DNA of 64,000 nucleotides from Promethearchaeota archaeon (GTDB taxonomy: Archaea > Asgardarchaeota > Lokiarchaeia > Sigyniarchaeales > SOKP01), in contig JAEOTA010000086.1 of the NCBI GenBank assembly GCA_016840085.1, forward strand, positions 1 through 64,000, written 5' to 3'. Positions 42,920 through 53,504 of this stretch are shown here, piece after piece. The notes below the pieces were generated by a model. It was given only the letters and a program-made list of their open reading frames with translations, was not told where the DNA came from and ran no database searches. The first letter of the stretch is position 1. Each line of letters opens with the position of its first letter. The position numbers and the translations under genes were made by a program.

Positions 42920-44223
42920 ATTAATTTCTTAAAAATATTATTTTTTAGTTTAACTTTATCCTTTTGCAGCAAAATTGGTTTATGATTTAAAATCATTTGA
43001 ATTTTTTCGATTCCACATAGTACTTTATCCACTAATTCATTTGTGATATCTAATTTAATTATTTTAGTTCTTCCATAATGTCCCATGGATTTAATATATG
43101 CAGATATTATTCCGGCTAATGCTAATTCATTAATATAATCACTAATTCTTCTTTTCGTTAATTGTCTAACTCCTGGAATTAATGCTCTTATTTCAGAATG
43201 AACGTCATATATATCTCCTGATATAATAATATGGTCAGGACTGAATTTTGATAATAAATAAATTGATGTTAAAACCAATTGAGCTTGAAGTGGCATACCT
43301 TTAATATATTCTTTAATATGATCGTTTTCTAAATCTTCTTGAGCTTTTTCAAGATGTTTTGAAGTAACAAATTTATTTTGGGCTCTCTCAGCGATTTCAC
43401 CTGCTTTTCTTAGTAATTGAAGTGCTTTTCTAGCATCTCCATGTTCTTTGGCTGCTAGAGCAGCACTTAAGGGTATAATATCCTCCTTTAAAACACCATC
43501 AAGAAATGCAATTTTCGACCTTTCTTTTAAAATATCCCTTAACTCACTAGCATCATAAGACGGAAAGACTATATGTTCTTCTCCTAAACTCGAGAGTATT
43601 CTTGGATCGAGATATTCACGAAATTTTAATTTATTAGAAATGCCAATTAGGCTTGTTTTGCATTTATCTAAATTCTCATTCAACCTTAACAGGTTATATA
43701 GAATTTCATTTCCCCCTTTCCTATTTACTAAAATATCAATTTCATCTAAAACCAAAAAGCAAATTGAATTACCAACTATTGAATCCAGTAATCCTAATAA
43801 TTTTTTGAATATTATATCTTTAGGAAGACCCGTAGGAGGAATTTTCTCACATCTCGATATAGTATTATAGATATGAGCTAAAATACGATATGGAGTCGAT
43901 ACAACGTTACAATTAATATATATCCACCATGGTTTAATCTTTGCACTTTGATGTGCTAACTTTTGGCTTACATATCTTATGGTTGCAGTCTTTCCAGTTC
44001 CCGTCTGTCCATAGCAAAGAAATGATGGTGGTGTATCTCCTAGCAAAGCACATGCTGTTTTTTCAGCAATATTCTTTATTTGAACATCCCGATGAGGTAA
44101 CGTATCAGGAACATAAGATGATTCCAAAGCGTCGCGGTTACTAAATATTCGTGGTCCTTTAAGATAATTCTTATAAAATTTGTCTATATTAAATTGATTG
44201 TGGTTATTATGATTTTTCAACAA
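42916..44223 (-). CDS. cdc6: Orc1/Cdc6 replication initiator
   Basis: YVPDTLPHRD, GQTGTGKT, VLDEID, LDPRILSSL, HGDARKA, winged helix with GRT. Confidence 0.96.
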   Translation of the reverse strand: MLKNHNNHNQFNIDKFYKNYLKGPRIFSNRDALESSYVPDTLPHRDVQIKNIAEKTACALLGDTPPSFLCYGQTGTGKTATIRYVSQKLAHQSAKIKPWWIYINCNVVSTPYRILAHIYNTISRCEKIPPTGLPKDIIFKKLLGLLDSIVGNSICFLVLDEIDILVNRKGGNEILYNLLRLNENLDKCKTSLIGISNKLKFREYLDPRILSSLGEEHIVFPSYDASELRDILKERSKIAFLDGVLKEDIIPLSAALAAKEHGDARKALQLLRKAGEIAERAQNKFVTSKHLEKAQEDLENDHIKEYIKGMPLQAQLVLTSIYLLSKFSPDHIIISGDIYDVHSEIRALIPGVRQLTKRRISDYINELALAGIISAYIKSMGHYGRTKIIKLDITNELVDKVLCGIEKIQMILNHKPILLQKDKVKLKNNIFKKLI

Positions 44224-44495
44224 TTATGACACCAATGATTCAAATTTATAATAGAAAGTCTTGCCATTGAAATATCAAAATATGTGTATTATTTCTACCG
44301 GATTTATAAAATTAATTATTAATCTTTAAAAAAATGTTAAAGCTTTAATATTTAATTTTGATAAATCTTTTCAATATTTTATATTAATATTGTCGGTATT
44401 TTAAAAGAATATTATTTATGAAGCAATATTTATTAAGTTCTTATTAATTAAATTTTCAATTAAAAAAGAATTAATTTAATTATAAATTTGTTTAA

Positions 44496-45314
44496 TTGTT
44501 CAATTTTTTAATGTTAAATTTTGTAACAAGGGATTATATTAAATTGCAAATTAACAATAACCTATCTAAAGCTCAAAAAAACCATAAGAAGATTGCCATA
44601 ATTTTAGCGTTAATTTTTGCTTGTTTAATTCTAACAAATTTTCTTATTATATCAATTATTTTTTCTTGGGCAGATTGGGTATCTCTTTTAATATTTAGCC
44701 TTTTAACCATTGTTCCAGCTTATATTTCAAATGCTTCTATGGTTATTACTGGTGGGGGCAAACCTATAGATGGTGGAAGATATTTCAGAGATGGTAGGAG
44801 AATTTTGGGAGATCATAAAACATGGAACGGATTAAAAGGTCCATTATACATTGGAATTCCAATATCATTCTTAATTTTTTTTCTCTTTATTGTATTTTGG
44901 CTCCCTATTAAAGAAGTTATTATTGAAGCGTCTAATCAAGGTGAGTATATCCTTTACAGTAATATCGATATTTTTAAATATTATTTCATAGGTGGAGAAT
45001 TTCCAATCAATTTCCTTGTTTTGTTTATAAGAATTGTATTTGCTTCATATGGAGCAGTAGTGGGGGATTTATTTGGTTCTTTTCTGAAAAGGAGATTTGA
45101 TATTAAAAGTGGAGCTCCTTTTTGGATCGTAGATCAGCTTGATTTTGCTTTGGGTGCATTATTATTTATTTCCATCCCTGGATTCATTTCTCCATATCTC
45201 TTCTTTCTTCCTGATTTTTATATCATAATTTTTTTGATAATTCTAACCCCTGCAGTAAGTATTATAGCGAATACTATAGCTTATATAATTCGTTTGAAAG
45301 ATGTTCCTTGGTAG
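44496..45314 (+). CDS. carS: CDP-archaeol synthase
   Basis: PAYISN, PIDGG..DGRRILGDHKTW.G, GDLFGSFLKRR, DQLDF. Confidence 0.93.
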   Translation: MFNFLMLNFVTRDYIKLQINNNLSKAQKNHKKIAIILALIFACLILTNFLIISIIFSWADWVSLLIFSLLTIVPAYISNASMVITGGGKPIDGGRYFRDGRRILGDHKTWNGLKGPLYIGIPISFLIFFLFIVFWLPIKEVIIEASNQGEYILYSNIDIFKYYFIGGEFPINFLVLFIRIVFASYGAVVGDLFGSFLKRRFDIKSGAPFWIVDQLDFALGALLFISIPGFISPYLFFLPDFYIIIFLIILTPAVSIIANTIAYIIRLKDVPW

Positions 45315-45479
45315 ATAGTTCAAATAGGCAATTCTAACAAAAAATTATTAATATTAAATTAATTTACAGGTAATATTATAAATTCTAGAATTAATCAAAA
45401 TCATTTTATTGGAGTCTTAAAATTTAAAAAATTAAAAAAAAATAATAAAATCATTCTAGCGACGAAATATTGTATTCCC

Positions 45480-45989
45480 TCAAATCTCTGCTTTTATAGC
45501 TTTACATTTAATTTCAATTGGTTTTCCATTATTTTCGAACATAATATATCTTTCAATCAATTCATTGATAATTCGAATATATGATCCACCCCTTCCGATG
45601 GCCACCCCTCTTTCTTTATAAGTTAAAAAATATAAGGATATTTCTCTCTGACCTGAATCATTATCTATTTCCAATTTTATGTCATGGATATACAAATCCG
45701 GAAATAATCTGAATAATAATTTTATAAAAACCTTCTCTTCACTAATTATTTGAATCTTCTTTTTAAAGCTTGTTTCCCGTCTAATCTTATCTTTTGCATC
45801 TATACACTTAAAATAATCTTTGGGTTTTACAAAAAAAAAGATAAAATCTTTTAAGCAAATAATCAAAGTTGGCTTCCGTTTAGTCATTTCATAAAAATAA
45901 GAATAAAGATAGATTTGCTCATTTTTGTATTTTTTTATAAAGGAAATTACTTGATAAAATATAAAGTCGCTATAAATCGTGTAAATCAT
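45480..45989 (-). CDS. NusA-like KH-domain protein (divergent; start uncertain, possibly 45888)
   Basis: ERGVAIGRGGSYIR KH motif resembles the archaeal NusA C-terminal KH. Confidence 0.65.
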   Translation of the reverse strand: MIYTIYSDFIFYQVISFIKKYKNEQIYLYSYFYEMTKRKPTLIICLKDFIFFFVKPKDYFKCIDAKDKIRRETSFKKKIQIISEEKVFIKLLFRLFPDLYIHDIKLEIDNDSGQREISLYFLTYKERGVAIGRGGSYIRIINELIERYIMFENNGKPIEIKCKAIKAEI

Positions 45990-46106
45990 TAACTATTAAT
46001 ATTTATTTTTTTTTTTAAACTCCTCCGAATTTATAATATTTGATAAATTTATTATTAATTAATAAACATCTATATAGAATAGACTTAATTAGGTTACTTT
46101 AAAAAG

Positions 46107-46544
46107 ATGAAAGATGAAGGCTTTAAATTCTTAGATCACACGGCAGACATGTACGTAAAGGCATATTCAAAAACCTTAGAAGGAGCTTTTGAACAAATAG
46201 TTTATAGTTTGATGACAACTATAAGTCCTGATTTAAATTTAATATTTCCTAAAACAGAAAAATTCATAGAAATTGTCTCAGAAGACAAGGAAGCATTACT
46301 ATTTGATTTTCTCTCGGAATTTCTTTTCATTTTTGATGTAGAAGAATTGGTATTTAGCTCAGTTAAAGTAAAAAGTATTGATAAAAATAATGATAATTAT
46401 AAGTTAGAAGCTATTGCCAAAGGAGAAGTTTTTAACATTGAAAAGCATGAAATCGGGACAGAAGTAAAAGCTATCACATATAATATGATGAAAATTGAAG
46501 AAAAAAAGAATAAAATTGAAATTGATGTTGTTTTTGATATTTAA
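46107..46544 (+). CDS. archease
   Basis: FLDHTAD, EVKAITY, VFDI. Confidence 0.96.
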   Translation: MKDEGFKFLDHTADMYVKAYSKTLEGAFEQIVYSLMTTISPDLNLIFPKTEKFIEIVSEDKEALLFDFLSEFLFIFDVEELVFSSVKVKSIDKNNDNYKLEAIAKGEVFNIEKHEIGTEVKAITYNMMKIEEKKNKIEIDVVFDI

Positions 46545-46551
46545 AAGTTTA

Positions 46552-48024
46552 CTATCCTTTCACAACCCCGATTGGTACTAATCTTACTATTTTTTCAACA
46601 ATTCCAAGATCATGGCTGACTTGAACTACCTGATCAATATCTTTATAAGCTCCAGGACTTTCTTCAGCCAAAATTTTCATTGATGTACTTTTTATCAAAA
46701 TACCTTTGCTTCCTAAATCTTCTTTTACTTTAGGTCCCCAATATTTTTTAGTAGCTTTTGCTCTAGACATTACACGACCAGATCCATGCGCAGTAGATCC
46801 AAAAGATAAATCCATTGCTTTTGGTTTTCCTACACATAAATAGGATGCTGAACCCATTGTTCCAGGAATTAGAGCAGGTTGACCAATCACTTTATAATCT
46901 TGAGGAAGTGCGGGATGACCTGGTGGAAAAGCTCTAGTTGCACCCTTGCGATGGATGTTTAATTTCATTCTCTTACCATTAACTTCGTGCTCCTCTATTT
47001 TTAGTATATTATGACAAACACCATATATTAAATGGAAATCTAAAGCATCAACATCTTTTTTTAATATATGTTGAAAAGATTCTCTTAGCCAATGGGTTAT
47101 CAACTGACGATTAGTGAATCCAAAATTGGCCGCACATGCCATTTGTTTTAAATAGTTCTGAGCTTCAGGTGTATCCGCTGGAACACAAGCTAGTTCTCTA
47201 TCTGGGACTTTAACATTATACTTTTTCATTGCTTGCTCGATATTCCGTAAACTATCTGTACAAACTTGATGACCGAGAGCTCTACTCCCTGTATGAACCA
47301 TTACTGTTATCTGGTTGTTCTCAAATATTCCTAGCTTTTTAGCAACTCTATTATTATAGATCTTATCTACTTTTTGGATTTCAAGGAAATGATTTCCACT
47401 TCCTAAGGAACCAAGTTGTTTGATTGCACGTTGTTTTGCTTTTTGGGAAACTAAACTAGCATCGGCATCTTTTAAACATCCATTTTCTTCTAAATGTTTG
47501 ATATCCTCTTCAAGTGCGTAACCATTATCTAATGCCCAGTTAACTCCATGGTTTAAAACTTTATCTAAATCTGAATAGCTTATATTTAATTTACCCTTAG
47601 ATCCTAAACCAGAAGGGATATTCTTGAAAATCGTGTTTATCAAGTTAGGAAGATTATTTTTAATATCTTTAAACATGAAATTAGTACGTAAAAGTCGAAC
47701 TCCACAATTAATGTCGTATCCTACACCTCCAGGTGAAATCATGCCCGATCCTGCTTCTGTACCACAAACTCCTCCAATACAAAACCCATATCCTTGATGA
47801 GCATCCGATAGTGCAATAGCATGTTTTTTTATTCCTTGTAAACAAGCCACATTACATATTTGATCAAGAGTACGATCTAACTTAATTTTTTCTAAAATAT
47901 AGTCATTAGCATAAATCTTTACAGGTACTCTCATTTGAAATTTCTCTATGTTGCCGTGAATCCGTGTCATCAAAGCTTTTGGTGGAATCTCGTAAATATT
48001 TTCATCAATTTTATTGACATTCAT
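46552..48024 (-). CDS. rtcB: tRNA-splicing ligase RtcB
   Basis: DAHQGYGF, GYDINCG, GSGNHF, HTGSR, HN, HRKGATR, HGSGR, C-terminal KG. Confidence 0.98.
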   Translation of the reverse strand: MNVNKIDENIYEIPPKALMTRIHGNIEKFQMRVPVKIYANDYILEKIKLDRTLDQICNVACLQGIKKHAIALSDAHQGYGFCIGGVCGTEAGSGMISPGGVGYDINCGVRLLRTNFMFKDIKNNLPNLINTIFKNIPSGLGSKGKLNISYSDLDKVLNHGVNWALDNGYALEEDIKHLEENGCLKDADASLVSQKAKQRAIKQLGSLGSGNHFLEIQKVDKIYNNRVAKKLGIFENNQITVMVHTGSRALGHQVCTDSLRNIEQAMKKYNVKVPDRELACVPADTPEAQNYLKQMACAANFGFTNRQLITHWLRESFQHILKKDVDALDFHLIYGVCHNILKIEEHEVNGKRMKLNIHRKGATRAFPPGHPALPQDYKVIGQPALIPGTMGSASYLCVGKPKAMDLSFGSTAHGSGRVMSRAKATKKYWGPKVKEDLGSKGILIKSTSMKILAEESPGAYKDIDQVVQVSHDLGIVEKIVRLVPIGVVKG

Positions 48025-48184
48025 CCTAACTTAATTAGTAAATCTATTTTCAAAAATATTGTTATTTTATTCTATAATGATTTACAATTAAATTATTTGA
48101 TATAATTATAATAAAAAAGAAAATTTACTAATAACCTAAAATAAATGTAAAATTAAATTAGAATTTAAAGAATTAAATTAAACA

Positions 48185-48910
48185 TCATTTAATTTCAATA
48201 TAAGAAATCAAATCTAAATCATCAAAATTTTTAATTATCCTCTGAATTTGTGATTCTGGTTGACCAGATTCTTCTGCAATCTCGGGGATAGTATGAAAAC
48301 CATCAGCTAAATGGGCAATTTTATATTCTGTTTCATCTAAAAATCCTTGTGTAATAACCTGCTTAGGTAATCGCTTTAATGTCCATTCTGGTTTCTTATC
48401 ACTTACCACACGCAAATCTTCCTCTGATAAAACTAGACCTTTTTTAGCAATCCTTTTCTGAGATTTAAGAAAATCTTTTTTAAATATTTTTAAAATTGGG
48501 ATTGTAAGCTTAATTTCGGCAACTTTTCCATTTATTAAAACATTATCAATAATTTGTTCGAATTCACGAAAGATACGAACATCACCAGACCATTCTTTAA
48601 GAGTATCTCCAAATTTAACGACAAATTTGTCAATAATATCTGTTAATACTTTATGAGTGATCTTTGCATCATCATTCTTATCTGCTGCAGCTGTACATAA
48701 TACACCCTCCTTAAAAACAAGTAATAAATAAAAAACTTGCATATCAATTACTTTCAATTCTCCTGATCCTTTTGAGAATTCAACACTAAAATCCTTAAGT
48801 GCGGTGAGGAAGCCGCTTACTAAATCTTGGTTAAACTCGATACTTCCATACTTTCTATGGATGAGACAGATTCCTGTATGTTGATGAATAAGGTAAAAAT
48901 TATGTAACAA
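48185..48910 (-). CDS. longin-like domain fused to a C-terminal winged helix
   Basis: GICLIHRKY..DLVSGFLTAL..F..W.GD..F..F longin pattern; LADGFHTIPEIAEESG..IIKNF HTH. Confidence 0.75.
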   Translation of the reverse strand: MLHNFYLIHQHTGICLIHRKYGSIEFNQDLVSGFLTALKDFSVEFSKGSGELKVIDMQVFYLLLVFKEGVLCTAAADKNDDAKITHKVLTDIIDKFVVKFGDTLKEWSGDVRIFREFEQIIDNVLINGKVAEIKLTIPILKIFKKDFLKSQKRIAKKGLVLSEEDLRVVSDKKPEWTLKRLPKQVITQGFLDETEYKIAHLADGFHTIPEIAEESGQPESQIQRIIKNFDDLDLISYIEIK

Positions 48911-49010
48911 ATATAAAACCTCGACACTAATTTTATAACTTTATTCTTAATGTATATTTAATAAGAATATGATAATTTAAATCTCTTCATGAACTACAGA
49001 AAAACGAAAT

Positions 49011-51650
49011 TTATTTAATGATATCATAAAGAGATTGAATCTTGAAAGACTTTATAATTTCTTGTTTTGAAGGATCTTTACTTGTTTCAAGACCTCTTAC
49101 GATTTTTATATCAATGTCCCGAGTTTCGTTAGGTTCCATAGAAAAGAAGTTATCAGAAGCTATAAAATCAACTAAATCTGAATCAAAGTTAACATATAAG
49201 GCAATCTTCTTCGCCTTCAGTTTCAATCTAAATTGAATTTTATTATTCTTTTCTCCTTCTATATCTTCAAAAAAACTTGATATTTCTGGATCTCTTAAAT
49301 TAAAGAATTTTGGTGCATCAAATAAACGAAATCCTCTATATATTATTCCTTTTTTTCCATTGTTAGAATATAATTTATAGAAGATAATATTGTTTTGCAT
49401 GTTTGATTGTTCTTTGTTAATATTGCTAACATCCTCTAATCCCAGTTTTAAAGAACTACAAGGAGAGACTTTAGAATTATAAATTCCTTTCATGAGTGTA
49501 TTCCCCTCTGAATTAAGAATTTTCCAATCTAACTCAATATCGCAAGATATTCTTAAATCATTTGTTACCCAAAATTCAACTTGATGAGGATTTTCTTCTA
49601 CACTAGCGAAAATTGGTTGATAAAACCTCTTTGCAAAATAATGAAGAGCTTTCCATCTCCCATAATAATCTAATGATGACCAACTCGCAACAGACCAACA
49701 ATCATTTAGTTGCCAATAAAGAGATCCCATGCAATGGTTTTCATTTCGATTTCGTCTCCAATACTCAACACCATATTCAATTGCTTCAGCTTGCGTTAAT
49801 TGCGATAATACAATTTGATGCTCGAATTTCTTAGGGATTGAAAACCTTTTTTCCATATAATCCATGATTTTTTGATTACCCGCAGAATTTTTCTGGTGAT
49901 TTTCCATAATAGGAGAAAAGAAATCATACTGTTCTTTAGGACAAAATCTAGCTAAGGTTTTTAAAGAAGGAAAAGATTCATACCCAAATTCAGACATAAA
50001 ACGAGAATTGAATTCGCGATAAGCTGAAAATGGTTTATTTCTGTGCCAAACATCCCAAAAATGTGAATCTCCAATATCAGGAGAATTTGCATTCACAGTT
50101 CCCAATTTTTCTCCAACAAAACCATTTGATGGGGAGCTAGGCCAATAAGGATGGTTAGGATCATATTTTTTAAGTAATTCTGGCATCAAAATTTCAAACT
50201 TCTTGATATACCCGGCTTTAAAATCTTCTTTAATGGGATTTTCTGCAAGTTTAGGATGTTTAAATATCGGATCCCACAAAATTTCAATTTCATTATTGCC
50301 ACACCATAATGTTAAGCTTGGATGATTTCGCAGTCTCTTTATATTCTGAGTTGCTTCCTCTTTAACAGTCTTAATGAAATCATCATGAAAGGGATAAATT
50401 GCACATGCAAAGGGAAAATCTTGCCATACTATAATTCCTAACTCATCACATAATTCATAAAAAATATCATCTTCATAGATTCCACCACCCCAAACTCGTA
50501 TCATATTCATATTGGCTTTTTTCGCATAATTCAAATTCATCGAATAAAGGCCTAATTTTCTTCCTCTTGGAATAAAACTATCAACTGGAATCCAATTAGC
50601 TCCTTTAGCAAACAGAGGAATTCCGTTTAGGAGAAAATAAAATGTTTCTCCCCATTTATCTGCTTCTCTAATAAGTTTTATATCCCTTAACCCTATCTTT
50701 TGGATTATGGTTTCAACAACATCTTCTTTCAAAATCGAATTTTCTAATTGATAAAGATTCGGCTCACCAAGGTCATGTGTCCACCATAGAAAAGGTTTTT
50801 CGACAATAAATTCGATAGTTTCTTTCTTACTAGTTAGAGAAATTTCCTTTACAAAAACCTTATTAGTAGGTGCCCTCAAAATTACTTTTAATTTATAACC
50901 AAGATTAGAAATATTTTCTAATTTTGAAACAAATTCAATTTCTACAAAGAGATTTACCAAGGTTGTTCTCGACTCAGAGTGATCTTCTTTATCATTCGTT
51001 TTTATCGATTCCTTGTTATAATTGAATTTTGTATAGGTATAAATTGATTTTATTTTAAGATCATCATAACCTATTATTTCCACAGACTTCCATATACCAA
51101 TATCTGGTAATTTTGGGCCCCAATCCCAACCAAATGAGTATTGAGCTTTCCTTAAGTAGGGTACTCCTGGAATTGCGGCATAACCAGTATTTAACCCCAA
51201 ATTATTTTTTTTTATGTACTCTAAAGCTTCTAACGTAGGACTCTTAAATTTTACCTTTAACTGGTTCCCACTACCTTTTAATTTAGATTTTACTTCAAAA
51301 TCATATCTAATAAACATATCGTTTGTAGAGCCTATTAGTTCACCATTTAAGTTCACCTCTGCTATTGTATCCAATCCATTGAACCGTAATATAATGTGCT
51401 TATGTTCTAAAAATTCTGGATCCAAGTTGAATTCTTTTTCATAAAACCAACTAGATTCATAAACCCATATCATATCATGCTCATTTTCACCATAAAAAGG
51501 ATCTTCGATAATATTATTATCAAGTAGAGCTTCAAAAACAGTTCCAGGTACTTGAGCATCTATTTCAACTGATTTTTCAGAATTTTTTAATTCCCAAAAT
51601 CCATCCAATGAAATTTTTTCGACTTTTTGCAACATCCTCACCAACTCCAA
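49011..51650 (-). CDS. beta-mannosidase (GH2)
   Basis: [42 protein letters not shown]. Confidence 0.95.
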   Translation of the reverse strand: MELVRMLQKVEKISLDGFWELKNSEKSVEIDAQVPGTVFEALLDNNIIEDPFYGENEHDMIWVYESSWFYEKEFNLDPEFLEHKHIILRFNGLDTIAEVNLNGELIGSTNDMFIRYDFEVKSKLKGSGNQLKVKFKSPTLEALEYIKKNNLGLNTGYAAIPGVPYLRKAQYSFGWDWGPKLPDIGIWKSVEIIGYDDLKIKSIYTYTKFNYNKESIKTNDKEDHSESRTTLVNLFVEIEFVSKLENISNLGYKLKVILRAPTNKVFVKEISLTSKKETIEFIVEKPFLWWTHDLGEPNLYQLENSILKEDVVETIIQKIGLRDIKLIREADKWGETFYFLLNGIPLFAKGANWIPVDSFIPRGRKLGLYSMNLNYAKKANMNMIRVWGGGIYEDDIFYELCDELGIIVWQDFPFACAIYPFHDDFIKTVKEEATQNIKRLRNHPSLTLWCGNNEIEILWDPIFKHPKLAENPIKEDFKAGYIKKFEILMPELLKKYDPNHPYWPSSPSNGFVGEKLGTVNANSPDIGDSHFWDVWHRNKPFSAYREFNSRFMSEFGYESFPSLKTLARFCPKEQYDFFSPIMENHQKNSAGNQKIMDYMEKRFSIPKKFEHQIVLSQLTQAEAIEYGVEYWRRNRNENHCMGSLYWQLNDCWSVASWSSLDYYGRWKALHYFAKRFYQPIFASVEENPHQVEFWVTNDLRISCDIELDWKILNSEGNTLMKGIYNSKVSPCSSLKLGLEDVSNINKEQSNMQNNIIFYKLYSNNGKKGIIYRGFRLFDAPKFFNLRDPEISSFFEDIEGEKNNKIQFRLKLKAKKIALYVNFDSDLVDFIASDNFFSMEPNETRDIDIKIVRGLETSKDPSKQEIIKSFKIQSLYDIIK

Positions 51651-51763
51651 AAAGGTAGAATGAAATTATAAAAGAATTTTTAAGTTAAAAGTGAAATAAA
51701 TCTTAAATAAATTGATATTAAGTAATGCATAAATTAGAACTATAAATATAATGAAGATATAAA

Positions 51764-51926
51764 ATGATCTATTATCTTTTCTTTGTAACTGTTCCAAATC
51801 TTGATGAGGGGCAAAAAATTGCTAGGAACTTAGTAGAAAGCAAACTTGTAGCCTGTGTAAACATTATTAAAGATTGAAAAAAGATCTAAAAAATATTTAA
51901 ATTGGATTAAAGACGTTGTTGATTGA
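51764..51926 (+). pseudogene. cutA: CutA remnant with internal deletion
   Basis: MIYYLFFVTVPNLDEGQKIARNLVESKLVACVNII joined out of frame to IEKRSKKYLNWIKDVVD; central part missing. Confidence 0.85.
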
Positions 51927-51950
51927 ATAGAAAATTATTTACTTTATATC

Positions 51951-52793
51951 ATGATAAGCAATGCATTTCAAGTAGATTGGGTTTTTGTTGATACAGTTAT
52001 AATCATTTTATTATTCTTACTTCTATTAGGTGTAAAAATTTTCAAATCAACTCATCGATGGCGTTTAAGCTTCTCAAACGAGGTGTTAGAATATTTTTCT
52101 TTTTCAAAACCATATGAGAATATTATAAGTCATTACATAAAAACAAAACACTGTAGTTTGACGAGAAATTCATCTCTACATAAACAATATGATAAATGTC
52201 CCTTAATCTTAATTTTAAGAACAAAATTTAAAAAACATTTAACGAAAATCATAACAGAGGGTTTAAGCAGCTATGGTTTTAATGTTATTAATTTAAAACT
52301 TAATATTAAACTTGATTCAAGTTCAAATAGGTTAAATAAAACTATTAATGATGAAATAAAATCCCTAATTTCATTAATACTAGATTATTTTAAACATGAA
52401 AGGCTTATTACGAATTCAAAATACATTCTATTAAATTTATCAAAATCTTTTGTTCCAAACACTGAAATTCTAACAGATCCAGAAAAGATTGGATTATTGT
52501 TAATTAATCCAAGTATGAATAAATACAATATTGGAAGTTTAAAAGAAACTTTTCATAATCTACCACAAAATACTCAATTATTTTATATTTTTAGTAAAAG
52601 GAGCTTCTTTATTTTAAAAAACAGTGATTTAAAACATTTTAATAAGGAATATGATGAAAATAACACAAATAAAGCAAAATTAATAACATTAGAGAAATCC
52701 TCTAAAAGTTTTAAATATTATGAAACGATTCTCATAGGCATTATTATTGATATACTAGAAAATAAATTAATGAAATCAACAAATTACACTTAA
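51951..52793 (+). CDS. membrane-anchored hypothetical protein (degenerate alpha/beta-hydrolase-like)
   Basis: N-terminal TM; LSSYGFNVI and GLLLINP patterns, no GxSxG. Confidence 0.55.
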   Translation: MISNAFQVDWVFVDTVIIILLFLLLLGVKIFKSTHRWRLSFSNEVLEYFSFSKPYENIISHYIKTKHCSLTRNSSLHKQYDKCPLILILRTKFKKHLTKIITEGLSSYGFNVINLKLNIKLDSSSNRLNKTINDEIKSLISLILDYFKHERLITNSKYILLNLSKSFVPNTEILTDPEKIGLLLINPSMNKYNIGSLKETFHNLPQNTQLFYIFSKRSFFILKNSDLKHFNKEYDENNTNKAKLITLEKSSKSFKYYETILIGIIIDILENKLMKSTNYT

Positions 52794-52796
52794 TTC

Positions 52797-53504
52797 ATGA
52801 AAAGTAAAAAAATTTTAAGAGTTCACCATAATGTTATAACCTACTCGGAAGATAAATGGGTTTTATTAAAAAATAAAAGAGTAGATGCTAAAAAATTATT
52901 AGAATTGTTTGTTAATGAAGGGTTTAAGCCCATTGTACATGGAAGCATTGCCCGTGGTGATGTTCATGAGTCTAGCGATATCGACATCGTATTTATACAA
53001 AAAGTTCCCTCATTCCAGATTGAATATATTTTAAGTAAAAATGGTTATGAAAAGTATTTTAAAGAAATAATCATGGCAACACCTCTCGATACAATAAAAT
53101 TATATATACATTTAGGCGAATTAGAGTCTATAACTATTCCGTTATCTAAACCAGATAAAAAATTCATAGAATTTTATAATTTTGGAGGGAAGATAAATTT
53201 AAATCAACTAAATTTAGATATTAGAGTCCCAGGAATAGATAAGAGGTTAGTATTAATAAAACCATATTCTAAGGGACATAAAGAAATTTCAATTATTGGT
53301 AACGAAGCCTATGCGGCAAAAGAAGTGGGAATCAGTATTGATACCATAAACGAGCGTAAAAAAGTATTAATTAGAAGAAATAAGCATGGAAGAACAGGAG
53401 TATTTTTAAAAAGACAGATGCTAATAAATGAATCTACTGAAGATGTTATCAAAAAACTAGCTAAACAGAAATCTATTGTAAGAAAAAAACTATTTAAAAT
53501 ATGA
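52797..53504 (+). CDS. Pol-beta superfamily nucleotidyltransferase
   Basis: HGSIARGDV..SDIDI, QIEY, PGIDKRL, GRTGVF. Confidence 0.88.
   Translation: MKSKKILRVHHNVITYSEDKWVLLKNKRVDAKKLLELFVNEGFKPIVHGSIARGDVHESSDIDIVFIQKVPSFQIEYILSKNGYEKYFKEIIMATPLDTIKLYIHLGELESITIPLSKPDKKFIEFYNFGGKINLNQLNLDIRVPGIDKRLVLIKPYSKGHKEISIIGNEAYAAKEVGISIDTINERKKVLIRRNKHGRTGVFLKRQMLINESTEDVIKKLAKQKSIVRKKLFKI

Noticed and set aside
36744-48024. Inteins in DP2, Cdc6 or RtcB (common intein hosts)
   Set aside because: Lengths are normal and no C...HN/C-S-T splice blocks are present
51872-51890. In-frame TGA in the cutA remnant as possible selenocysteine
   Set aside because: Read-through hits TAA within four codons and the C-terminus is in another frame; a deletion explains it
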